A DNA stretch of 64,000 nt from the human T2T-CHM13v2.0 reference genome, Homo sapiens, in NCBI RefSeq assembly GCF_009914755.1, contig NC_060927.1, one strand, 5' to 3'. The notes beneath the pieces are model-generated. The model was given only the letters and a program-made list of their open reading frames with translations. It made no database searches and was not told where the DNA came from. Of the stretch, positions 42,231-55,437 are shown piece after piece. Each line of letters starts with the position of its first letter. Position 1 is the stretch's first letter. The translations under genes were made by a program, and so were the position numbers.

Positions 42231-43119
42231 AACCACTGATCTAGCAGGAGAAGATTGGATATATAGTGTGATGTGATGTGTTTAAGTCCAGGTGTGATTA
42301 TAGCAACAGAACGAGTGCAGGCAAAATCTTGGGGTTAGAGGAAGGAGAAATCACTTTTTAGTGCTGGAGGTCAGGAAGAACTTTGGGATGGAGAAATGTT
42401 GAATTGAGTTTTAAATAAGTAAACTTTGATAACAAAAAATAAGAGGTTGAAGATGGAAAATAAAGACTGAGATTGAACTAGAGTTTGGCTTTACCTGTTA
42501 CTTGCCGGGTAATGCTGCAAGATTGCTTTGAGCTTTCTGAGTCTTAATTTCTTTGTATCTGCTTCTAAATGAGATGATGTTTGTAAACCAGTTCCATCCA
42601 CCACCCTTTTCTTCTTTCTGTAAATATTTATCGTGTTGCTTCTGTGTACTATATAACTATAAGCCGATTTTTCAGGTAAGAAGGGTAACATAACCACTAG
42701 GTTGGCAAAATGAAGGTTTACATTGTAGGAAATTTAAGTTGGAATTGAGCTGCTGGTGGGACTTAGAAACCACCAGTAGATAGTTGAAAATGTGGAAAGT
42801 TGGAGATGGAGATGAGCACTGAGAACTCAGTATCATAAACACTATCTTTAAAGGTGGAACCTTGTGGGATTGCCCCAGGAGGATTAAGAACAGATATTAC
42901 CTTGGAAGTGTGTATAGTTCTAGTATTGTTACCATTGTTCAGGATATTTTTGAAACTCCTTTAAGATTTCCCTTTGGATTCTTCAGTACACTCGTCTTAA
43001 TATCCTCATTTTGGCAAATCTTTGTTCTGAAAGTTAATTTGAATTTCAGCCAAGGTTTAACCAGAGACAGTCTGGTGAAGGTGATAGACGATCATCCTGG
43101 GAAATGCTGCCTCTTCCCT

Positions 43120-43584
43120 TGTCTCAGTTTGTTTTATGTTGCTATAAATGAATACCTTAGGATGAGTAATTTATAAAGAAAGAAGTGTATTTAGCTCACA
43201 GTTCTGCAAGCTATACAGGAAGCATGGCATCTGCTTGGCTTCTGATGAGAACATTTATGCTGTGTCAGAACATGGCAGAGAAGATCAAAGGGGAAGCGGG
43301 CATGTGTGAAGAGGGACCAAACGTGAGAGGTGTCCTGACTTTTACAACAATCCAGTCTCTTGGGAACTAGTCATTTTCTCTGAGAACCAGCCCACTCTGA
43401 AGAACTAGTCCACTCCAGCAAGAGCAGGAATTCATTACTGCTAGAAGGGCACAAAGCTGTTCATGAGACATCTGCCCTCGTGTCCCAAACACATCCCATT
43501 AGGGACCACCTCCTTACACTGCCACACTGGGGATCAGATTTCAACATGAGATTTGGTGGGGACAAACCATATCCAAACCATATT
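43120..43584 (-). mobile_element. MSTB-like solo LTR
   Basis: gttgctataaatgaatacc...tttcaacatgagatttggtggggacaaaccatatccaaaccata. Confidence 0.85.
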
Positions 43585-45352
43585 GCTCCCACCCCAAAAA
43601 AGTTATATTATGGAACTGGTTTTCATGTTTACTTCAGATTAGCTCTGAAGCCATACCAAGAAAGATGATGTGATTTGAGCAAAGGCTGAGTCTTTGAAAT
43701 AAGTGAAAAACCCTTCAATATAAAAATAATTCTCCTATTCCATTATCAAAGTATTATATTTTCTTTATAGGAATTCTATGAAATATTGTAAGATAAAAGA
43801 AGAACCAGTAGTAACATGGTGGAGAGAGGCTTGAGGAACATTCATAGGATTGAGAATATTACACAATCTTCTAGATTTATATGAGAAAAAAAGTAAATCA
43901 GGCAATGTATTGCTAAGAAGGCCACAGGTATGCTGTCATTTATTACTTTCTCAAATGTCTGCTCCTGTCCCATAACACTGCTGATTTTCTGCCGGATATC
44001 AGTGGGAAATTGTGCTTGTAGGCGCAAAGACAGTCTTGAAGTTTTACCAAATAAAGTAAATGTGAAACTTGTTCATTTAAGAAATTATGGCCACAATGGC
44101 GGTTGTAACACAGTTCTAAAATTGGCATGTCTTATTGCATAAGTTAATTTCCTGCTTTGGTATACTTTTAAATATGTTGTCCCTTTCTGGCCTCCTCTTG
44201 GTTAAAGCAGTGTGGGTGGAAGAGGAACTTTTCACACCTAGCAATCTGCAGAATCTGAGGTCCAAGAAATAGGTGCTATTGGGAAATGGGCACATCTAGT
44301 GTGAACAAGGTGGTTAATTAACAGTGAAAGCTGATAGGACAGAGAAGCTCAGATGAAGCATACTATTGTGGGATATGGGTGTTACTTGACCCAGAAGCTA
44401 AGCAGAAATAGGCACATCTACCTCACTGATGTACTTTCCGTATTTTGTAAGCGTTTGAGCTTATACAAAATTAGATTGTTAGTGGCTGACCTAATATTTG
44501 ATGTTTATTCTCTTTGAATGTGTTTTTCAGCCAGCTGACAAATTGCTCCTCTTGCTTTTAAAAATATTTTTTTCCCGTGGTAGGAAGCAGAATCAGAATT
44601 CCCTTTGATTTTACTTTCTGATAAAAAATTGAGAACTGAATTTTCAAATTTTGCTGGTTCAAATGGTGCTTCTGAAACACAAACTTACTGTCTAAAGGTT
44701 GTTTCCCTGCTTCAGCATAACTGTGGAAGCTCATTTAGCCTTGTTTGCTTAAGTCTCCTAAGGCCCCCACTCCATGTGCATGGTGGTGTCATTGAAGGTT
44801 TAGAGCCTGGGTTACATGATCTTGGCATTGGCACTTTATTAGAAGCTTGGGTCATTTCACCTCTGTGAGCCTCCACTTCTTTATCTGCAAAATGAAATCA
44901 AAATACTTACCTGAGAGAACTGTTATGAAGACTGTATGTATTCATTGCCCTCATCTTCAGGTTTCACAGACAGGCAGGCTGGAGCATTGCGGGGAAGAAA
45001 ACATCTCTCCTACTCTTGATTTCCCTTTTTGTTTTTGTTTTGTCAGTTCTAGTATGGCTTGAAGGAAAGAGGTGAATTTTCCTATTTTAAGATGTCTCTT
45101 CGTCTACCCTTCCTCATTTTACTCTGTCGTTATAGCAAGAAGGTATGAACAAACTGGCAAGAGGAATATCTGGTCATGAGCATACATATCTTTGTGCTGT
45201 TGAGAAAAACTGGAGTCTGCCTAGATTCCTGGTGTGAAGCACTTAGTGAGAACTAACAATTGAGAACGCTGGTCTCATTGTATTGTATATCATGCCTTCT
45301 TCCCGGGGCTCTGCCTTTTGAGACTCTTCATAGCTAGTAAAGAAGAGGGACC

Positions 45353-45699
45353 AGTCGGACGTGGCAGCTCACTCCTGTAATCCCAGCATTGGGGAGGCTG
45401 AAGTGGGTGGATCGCTTGAGTCCAGGAGTTTGAGACCAGCCTGGGAAACATAGTGAGATCCCATCTCTATAAAGTACACATAAAAAAATTAGCTTGATGT
45501 GGTGGTGTGTGCCTGTGTTTCCAACTACTTGGGAAGCTGAGATAGGAGGATCACTTAAACCTGGGAGGTAGAAGCTGCAGTGAGCTGTGATCACGCCATT
45601 GCGCCCTATCCTGGGTGACAGAATAGTATTCTGTCTCAAAAAACAAAAACCAAAACCAAAAAACCCCCCAAAAAACTCCCCCCAAAAAGCTAAACAAAC
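45353..45699 (+). mobile_element. AluJ (intron 1, sense)
   Basis: J-type ggaggatcactt/gctgcagtgagctgtgatc; TSD AAAGAAGAGGGA (45339-50, 45700-11). Confidence 0.92.
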
Positions 45700-47283
45700 A
45701 AAGAAGAGGGATCCAAATATAGAAACTATTGCTAATGAGAACACTGTTGCAAGTTTATTACAAGCATTTTTCATGTTTTTCCTACAGAGTAAACAGTAGC
45801 ACCAAACTGTCTTCAGGAGCAAGTAAGTGTTAACTAGTAAATTTTTTAAAAAATGGCATTACCTAAGTAAGTATCAAATTAGTTAAATTAGAATGTTTTC
45901 ATTATTGAAAGGGCATAACTTGCCCTTCATATATCACATTCTTTGCTATTAAAGACTCTGTAATATTCTTATTTGCTTCACTGTTGTCTTTGTGGATTCA
46001 TAGCAAGTGCTGTTGTCAGTAGCCTTATAATCTAGCACTGCCATATTGCAAGAACACATGAGCCCCAAAGCAAAATATGAGCTAACAAATTCAGCCAGTG
46101 AAAAAGGTGAAAATTGACTTCCAGGTGATGATAGAATGTTGAGAAGTTAGAGCTTTGGAAATTTTCCCTGATGGTGTTATCCTGATTCTTTAATTCAGTA
46201 TAAATTTATGTGACTATACAGTAGCAAACTTTCAAAATTTAATTTTTAGTTTTGCAACCTCTGTACAAATGTATAACATATATACACCAGATTGAGATTA
46301 AGAGAATCACTTTGTAATATTGTGAATCAAAATTGCCATTTCTATAATATTTGTAATGTTGAAGATAGCTTTTTCAAAAATTATAATTAATAAATCATTG
46401 ATATTTAGTGGCTGGTATGCTATCAAGTGGGAAAATCTTTAGTAGAATTTTCATATTTTTAATACTGTCATTTCTGATTTAATACCAAGAATTTGGAAAA
46501 TTGAAATCAATATTAATACAATTCTGGAATTATTTATTTGCCCTAGGAAGTTTTAGAAGAAGGATCAGATGTCTTGACAAGCCGTTTTAAAAATGTGTTT
46601 GATAGGAATATTATAGCTTAGAATTCGTAATGTAGATAAATTTCTGTTATAATTTATTTTTGGAAAAATGGTTTGATATTACACATCTATGTCTGTATTC
46701 AAGGAATTGATTCAAAATAATATTGCCTTAGTTATTTAAGACCATTGGAAGATTTATAGAGCAAATAGAAGATTCATCAGGATGCATTATGAATAAGTTG
46801 TATAGATGAAAATTATATATGTGAAAAAAAGTAACAATTTGAAATTAATTTTGTAAATTTTGAAAAAATTTTGTAATTTTGTATAATCCAATGTCTTCTA
46901 ATCTGTTTAGTAATTACACTGAATAGTTACTGATGTCTAGTTATGATTTATTCTGTAGGCAAGGCAAAGAGGAATTTGTGGAGATAGTCTCAGTTTTATT
47001 CTTTTCTCTGTAAGTAAGCATCAGCTTTCCACTCTACAAGATGTGTCACACAGTCCCTTCAAATTCCACAGGTCCGCAACTGAATTTCTCTCTTATCTGA
47101 TCCTTCTTTTGTATTCCCTATCTCAATAAATGGTCATATCCTTTTACTTGAGGCCAGAAAACTAGCAGTCCTCCTTGAATCATCCCTTTCCCTCATCCCC
47201 TTTAGGCACCATCAAGCTTATAGGACCTCCCTCTGAATTTGTCCTTTTCTCTCCAACCATGCTTCCAGTTCCTTCTCAGTACT

Positions 47284-47627
<344 letters not shown>

Positions 47628-47659
47628 TAAGGAAAAAGAGAATGTGTAAATAAATGATA

Positions 47660-47774
47660 CAGCAAAGAGTTCAGCAAATTATGACCTATGGGCTAAATCT
47701 GGAAAGGCCTATAAGCTAGGAACGGTTAGTAACATTTTTGAAACGTTGTTAAAAAAATGTATATATATACATGT

Positions 47775-47812
<38 letters not shown>

Positions 47813-47885
47813 GACAGAGATGATATGTAAAGCTTAAAATGTTTATACTCTGGTTCTTAGCAGAAATAGTTTGTCTACCTTTACA
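47660..47885. mobile_element. MER58-like hAT MITE containing a (CA)n microsatellite (~47777-47810)
   Basis: cagcaaattatgacctatgggctaaatctgg...tactctggttcttagcagaaatagtttg. Confidence 0.7.
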
Positions 47886-48146
47886 TAGGCAATGAAAATT
47901 AGAATACAACCACAGGTGTTGTAAAGAGAAAAAAAGTCATGTGAACACCTTCATATCATTTTTTTGTTTGAAAATTAAGGCGAAATAGATAGGGTCATTG
48001 AGAAATATAATTTTGCTAAAACTTCAGCTGACTCTAGAATTAGTAAAAAGCCCTTACAAAATTGAAACAATAGTTACAATTCTCTTTGTGCCTGTGTGTC
48101 TTACACATGCACACATACATACACCAAAACGCAAGCCCTGATAGGT

Positions 48147-48612
48147 TGTGTATTGGTCAGGATTCCACCATGGAAATAATCAGTAGGAGAAAAAACATAT
48201 ATATATATCTTAAGATGGGTATATATATATACACACATATGCATATATGTGTGTGTGTATATATATATATATATGTATACGTGTCAAGAGATCTTGCAAG
48301 AAATTGGTTTATGTGATTGTAGGGACCAGTTGGGCAAATCTGAAATGCACAGGGCAGGCTGTCAGGAAGGGCAGGCTTGGAATTCTTGATCTTGAGCTGA
48401 AGCTGCAGTCAGCAAGTGTAATTCTTCAGGAAAACCTCAATTCTACTCTTAAGGCCTTTGAACTGATTGTATTAGACCCACCCAAATAATCTTTGATAAT
48501 CTTCTTTATGTGAATCTGCAAAATACCTTCACAGCATCACCTGAATTAATGTTTGCGTGAATAACTGGGGGCTATAACCCAGCCGAACTGACACATAAAA
48601 CTGACCATCACA
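48147..48612 (-). mobile_element. MLT2-type (ERVL) LTR with TA/TG microsatellite
   Basis: aattggtttatgtgattgt...; ends ccagccgaactgacacataaaactgaccatcaca. Confidence 0.82.
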
Positions 48613-49545
48613 GGTGGTTTTTAACAAACTTTCAAGGAACTGAGAATAATCTTTGTTTTATACACAATGTTCTAGATAATATAAAGGGAGAGGAAGGTCC
48701 CTAATTTATTGTTTAAATAATGCAACTTTAACACCAAAACAATGCAAAGATAAGGGAGGAGAGTCATAGGCAAACACCGACATGGTGACAACTTGAAAAG
48801 ATTTTAAACAAAATTTGAGCATCCAAGACAGAGGTCTTGCTAGTTACTACTTAACCACTTTTCTAAAGGATGTAGCCAGCAAGAATTAAAAAAGAGGATG
48901 CAAAACTGTTTCTGATTGTCTACATAGAAATTGGAAGAGAATCTTTTGTCAGAATATTAAAATTGAGAGAGGTTTTATTGATTATAAGGACAACATAAAA
49001 AATCAATTGAACCTAAACACTAGCAGTAAATAATTACAACAGGTTATTTATGGAAAGATATATTTACCAATAGAAATCTAATGAAAGATGAACAGTAACT
49101 TTAAGGAGAAAATTATGAATCTTTTTGTCTACTTAGTAACCTAATTTCTAATAGTTATGTGTTGAAATCTCCCACTATGAGTGCAGATTTCTATAAATTT
49201 TTAAGCTAATCGATTTTAAATTGAGGTAAAATATACAGTGAAATTTACAGATCTTAAATGAGTTTTCATAAATGTATATATCCTAATTAAGACATTTTTC
49301 AGAGAGTACCTTTTCAGCTCCCATATATAACCACTGTTGTAATTTTTATCACCATAGATTAACTTTGCATGTCCTTGAATCATGGCAGTATGTACTCCTT
49401 TGTCTGCTTTCTTTTGCTCAAATGTTTTTGAGATTCACCTAGGATAGATCACCTATCCTACTGATAGTAGTGGTATACAAATAGTATCATTGTTTTTTAT
49501 CACTAAGTAGTTTTTGGCTATTCTGAATAATGCTTCTCTAAATAG

Positions 49546-49864
<319 letters not shown>

Positions 49865-50113
49865 GGACTTATATTTTCATTTATCTTGCATAAGTGAATA
49901 CCTAGGAGTGGAACATATTTAACTTTATAACTCAGCAGTTTTCCAGAGAAATGTATCATTTCACAGTCCCATCAGCAAGATATGAAAGTTGCAGATGCTT
50001 CACATTCTCTCCAACGTTGGTGTTGTCATTATTTTTAATTTTAGTCATTCTTGTGCATACAAAATGATATAAGGGGTTTCATTTGCAGTCTCTTGATTAA
50101 TGATTTTGAGCAC

Positions 50114-50151
<38 letters not shown>

Positions 50152-50651
50152 TTACAATTTGCATATCATCTTTTGTGATGTGTCCATTCAAGCCTTTTGT
50201 CCATCTTTTATTGAGTTTTTATTATTGATAGTTAGGGGTTCTTGATATATTCTGGACTCAAGTCCTTTGTTATATATATATGAAATAAATTTTTCTTCCT
50301 GGTCTGTGGCATGCCTTTTTAAAATTTTCTTAATTGTGTCTTTTGATAAACAAATGATTTCATATTAGTGAAGTCAAATTTATAATTTGTATAATTTATT
50401 TTTACTGCCTTATGCCCTTTTTGAGAAACTGTCTACTCCAAGGAATTGAAGGGTCTTTTTTGTTTAATAGTTTTAGTTTTTACATTAGGCTTATGATCCA
50501 TTGCTAATTAATTTTTGTGGTTACTGTGAAGTAGGGGGTCAAAGGGTTTAGCTTTTTTTTTTTTCCCATGTTAATACGGTTCTGCCACCATTTGTCGAAA
50601 ATAATTTTATTTCTTCATAAACTAGCCTTGGTGCATTTGCCAATAAATTGA

Positions 50652-50986
<335 letters not shown>

Positions 50987-53271
50987 TTGTGGATTCTTTT
51001 GTTCTCTTTTGTTACATTACTCTTTTTGGCTACCCAAATTATGCCAGCACTACGTCGTCTTGACTTCTGTAGTTTTGTAGTATGACTTGTAATCGGGTAG
51101 TTGCTGCATAGCATCTAAATTTGTTCTTCTGTTTTAGTGTTGTTTTGGCTATTCTATGTCCTTTGTGCTTCCTTGTATGTTTTTTCACTTTTTTATTATA
51201 ACTTTATTTTTTAATAATATAATAATAATAATAGGAAACTACAAAATCATGCAGTTTCCATGTACCTGCCTTCTTCCCTTTCCCTAATGATGCTATCTTA
51301 CATAACCATGATATGTATATTCTCAGTGGGTGTGATAACTGCCTTCAAAAGGATAACAATTGACATTGGTGGAGACAGAAATATTACTCTCTTAATGTAT
51401 AAAACAATGTTACACCCGCAGTGCATAAACATATATGCTATATCTGTGATATTAACATTTCATAGGGGTACATTAGGAAAAAATGTCAAAAAAGGGTCCT
51501 TTTAGGGCAAAAATTAAAAAAGGTTGGGACAGGCTCCTATAATTAAATGTGGACAAGGAAACTGGGAATTGGCAATGGTATAATATTGTTGATTCAGGTA
51601 CTAATCTTAGTCGAATTTCACCACTTTTTACATGCATTTTTTTTGTTGTTCTGTAATTATATGACATCTGCATCATGAGGATTTTCTCCTGTGATTGTTT
51701 CTAGAAGTTTTTTTCTTTAACTTTTTATTTTGAAATATAGACTCACATAAAATTGTGAAAAATGCTATATAGTCTTGAGTGTCCATCTCATAGCTTTCCC
51801 CAGTGGTGACATCTTATATATCTGTAGTACAATATCAAAACCAGGAAACTGAAGTTGATACAATACTGTTAACTAGATTATAGATCTTTTCAGTTTTCAC
51901 CAGTTTTTACGTGTACTCATGTGTGTGTGTATAATTCTGTGTAATTTTATACCATGTTTCTTTTTTTATAGGGAAAGCGTTCAGAGTTTTAGTATTAAGT
52001 ATGATGTAAGCTAGAAGATTTTTTGTAGATGCCCTTCATTAAAGAAGTTCTCTTCTGTTCCACGTATACTGATTTTGTTTTTTATGAATGCATGTAGAAT
52101 TTTGTCCAATTTTTTTTGGCATCGATATGATTATATGGTTTTCCTTTTTTGGACTGTTAATATATCTCATGGATTACATGGTTTGAATTTTGAATGGTGA
52201 ACCACCCTTGCCTCCCTGGAATAAGTCCAACATTTTTGTTATGTGTCTTTCTTTTTATGTATTGCTGAGTTTGATTTGTTAATATTTTGTTGAGGATTTT
52301 TGCATCTGTGTTCATGAGGCATACTGGTGTGTAGATTTGGTGTGTGTGTGTATGTGTTTTGTAAATACCGTTCTTGCTTTTAGTATCAAGGTATCTGTGC
52401 CTTCTTGAGTGAGCTTTGGTTGGTTTGTAGTTTTTTTAAAGGAATTTATTCATTTCATTCTAGTTGTCAAGTTCATTGGCCTAAATTTGTTCATAATATT
52501 CCCTTATTATTTAAAAATATTTATCATTTCTGATGTTTGAAATTTGTGACCTTAGTCTGGCTAGTGGTTTATAAATTTTATTGATCTTATCCTCTCGAAC
52601 CAGCTTTAATTTCATTGTTTTTTTTTTCTTTTATTTGTGTGGTATTCTTTATTTCATTGATTTATATTTTGATATTTATCTTTTCCTCTTTTGCTTGCTT
52701 TGTGTTTATTTTACCCTTTTTCTGGTTTCTCAAGGTAGAAACTTAATACAAGACCTTTTTTCTTTTTCTAGATAGGTTTTTAGTGCTACAAATTTCCTGC
52801 CAAGTACTGTTTTAGCTGCATCACATAAATTTTGATATATTGTGTTTTTATTTTCATTCATATCAAAATACTTTCCCATTTCCTTTTTGGCATTTTCTTA
52901 GATCCATGGGTTATTTAAAAGTGCGTTATTTAGCTTACAAATATTTGGCGATTATCCGGAGATCTGTTATTGGTTGCTAATTTAATTACATTGGTGTCAG
53001 GGAACATAGTTTGTAGGGCTTGAAATTCCTTCAGATTTATTGAGATTTGTTTTATAGCCAGATTGTGGTTTATCTTAGTAGATGTTCTGCTGTTATTAGG
53101 TAGAGTATTCTATAAATGTTAGTTAGGTCAAGTTAGTTGATAATGTTGTTCAAGTACTTCACAGTTTTAACGAACTTAAATATATGTTTTTGTAATATGA
53201 CATATATTTTACATTTGTATATCATGCGTTCAGTTTTTTTTTTTCTATCAGAGCATATTCTCTGTTACATC

Positions 53272-53770
53272 TTGTGAGAGATTTTATTTTACAAAGAAGG
53301 TTACAAAATTATCTCCCATTCTTCATGCTTTTCTGTAGTGTGGTTTTGTTACCAAGAATAGAATCTGATTTCCTTCCACCTGAGTGTGGGCTATCCTTAA
53401 TGACTTGAAATCAGTATAGTGTAGCATGAACGAATGGTGTTGCATGGCTCCAGGTAGAGAGGCCATTGGTAGATGTTCTGGTTTACAGTCCTAACTGAGC
53501 ACTTCTTTTGGCCATTCCAGGCCAGATGTCAGATACATATATGAAAAAAGAAGTAATTTTGGAAGTAAATCCTCCAGCCCCAGCTTTTGTAGCTGGTGGG
53601 ACTCTAGAGCAGGTGTTCAATTTGCCATTTTAGTCCAATTTTGGAAGTTGTGTTTAAAATGCACACCAGAGCCACCAGAACTTTGAGTCTTCCCAGATCA
53701 GGCCCCTCTGACCCATAGTTTATTGTTTATTGTTTTACATCACTAAATTTGATGAGTAGTTGTTGCACAT
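53272..53770 (+). mobile_element. MLT1 (G/H-like) LTR, internally rearranged
   Basis: ttggaagtaaatcctccagccccag...ttattgttttacatcactaaattt. Confidence 0.65.
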
Positions 53771-53772
53771 AG

Positions 53773-54020
53773 TAGTCATTCCCCAGTGTACGAAGGGGAT
53801 TGGTTTCAGGAGCCCCATATTTACCAAAACCTGTGCATTCTCAAGTCCCACCATGGGCCCCTCAGAACCCATGTGTATGAAAAGTTGGCCTGAAAAGTTG
53901 GTATACCATATAGGTTCGCATCTCCAAAATATTGTATTTTCAATCTGCATTTGGTTGGATAATATCTGAGTATTAAGTGGACCCCCACAGTTCAAACCCG
54001 TGTCGTTCAAGGATCAACTG
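53773..54020. mobile_element. TcMar-Tigger MITE (MER8/MER2-like)
   Basis: Ends aagtggacccccacagttcaaacccgtgtcgttcaaggatcaactg-TA. Confidence 0.8.
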
Positions 54021-55347
54021 TAATAAGGAGATTACTTCTTTTTCTGTAGGGTTTGAAGGTGGTAAGCATTTTAGTTCCTATATATCTGAATGTCCTTAAC
54101 CTCACTCATAATTGGTAGTTTAGAGACTCTAGAATTCTTTGTAATTCTTTATAATTCTCTCTCAGAACTTTGAAGTTATTTCTCCATTGTCTTGTTGCAT
54201 CATGTCTTGCCAGTGAGCCATGATGTAAATCTGATTCTCATTCCTTTATGTAGGCAGTGTTTATTCCCTTTTGAAGCTTTTAGGATTTTGGGGTTTCAGA
54301 CATTTCATCAGAGTGCATTTAGGTAATCCATGGTCCATTGCTGTCTGAGGACTCAGGTCTTTGTATTTGCCTCAGTATATTTATTATACTTAATAATAAT
54401 CTAAAATCTTCTTTCCTATATTCTTTTAATGGGAAACTTTCTGGTCTTTTGGGGATAAATACCTATATATACTTTTTTCACCCGTGGCCTGAAGGCAGCA
54501 GAGGAGGTGACCATTTGGCTCCTACTGAGTCACTTTAATTAATAACTGTTTAGTTTCCTCCAGGGAAGTTTTCTTGCTTTCCATATTTGCTGCTTCAGAG
54601 CATGGAGCAGCACCCACTTTTGGCATGCGTGTTTTTCCTGGATACTCTATAGTAATATGATTACCTCATTTAATCTGATCTAATCTGCCTTGTTTTCTTT
54701 CAGAGATTCCTCATCTTTTTTGGTTCACTGAAGGCACTTATCCTTTGTTTATTTTTCAGGACTCTCTTAGCATTTAAGGAGCAGGTGGGACTCTAGAGCA
54801 GGTGTTCAATTTGCCATTTTAGTCCAGTTGTGGAAGTTGTGTTTAAAATGCAGAGAAATCACACACGCTTTGTTTTCATATGGACTTGTAGTTCCACCTT
54901 TTCTTCTGTTAGTTCTTTTTTAGGCTACTCTTACTACTAGGTAGAAAAACTACTTGTGTGTCTCTTAATCTTGTATCTCTTCATCTATTCTTGGATCTCA
55001 GTATCGGTGAAAATCCTCTTTTGTGGATTATATTAATAAGGGAATGATTTAGATGCCAACTTTGACAAGATTGCATGGAATATGTTATAAAGTAAAGATG
55101 TTGTAGTATAGTTTGCAGAAATTTTAAGAAACATGTTGCTTGTATTCCTCACATTTTTGTTGTTGTATATAAAAAAACATTGCAAATAGGATGAGTTTTA
55201 ATGACTAAAATAATCACAATTTCATAAGGTTGTAAGTTTTGAGTATATTTGCATAGGCTTTTATTTTAAGTAAACCAGAGTCTTATTTTTCCTTTAATCT
55301 GGTGATTTGCTTGAGACTTTATTAAAGAAAGATCTTTTTTTTTTCAG

Positions 55348-55437
55348 ACCAGCATCTCAGACATGTCGAAAAAGATGTTTTGATCCCTAAAATAATGAGA
55401 GAAAAGGCCAAAGAGAGGTGTTCTGAACAAGTTCAAG
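55348..55437 (+). CDS. CMC1: CMC1 coding exon 2, 90 nt, phase 1-1: (D)QHLRHVEKDVLIPKIMREKAKERCSEQVQ
   Basis: Acceptor T10-CAG| at 55347, donor CAAG|GTAACA at 55438. Open frame in phase with exon 1. Peptide matches CMC1 and contains the first Cys of the twin CX9C motif. Confidence 0.96.

Noticed and set aside
49440-49460. TAGGATAG-atcac-CTATCCTA hairpin
   Set aside because: 8-bp arms inside decayed L1; compatible with chance or a small template switch
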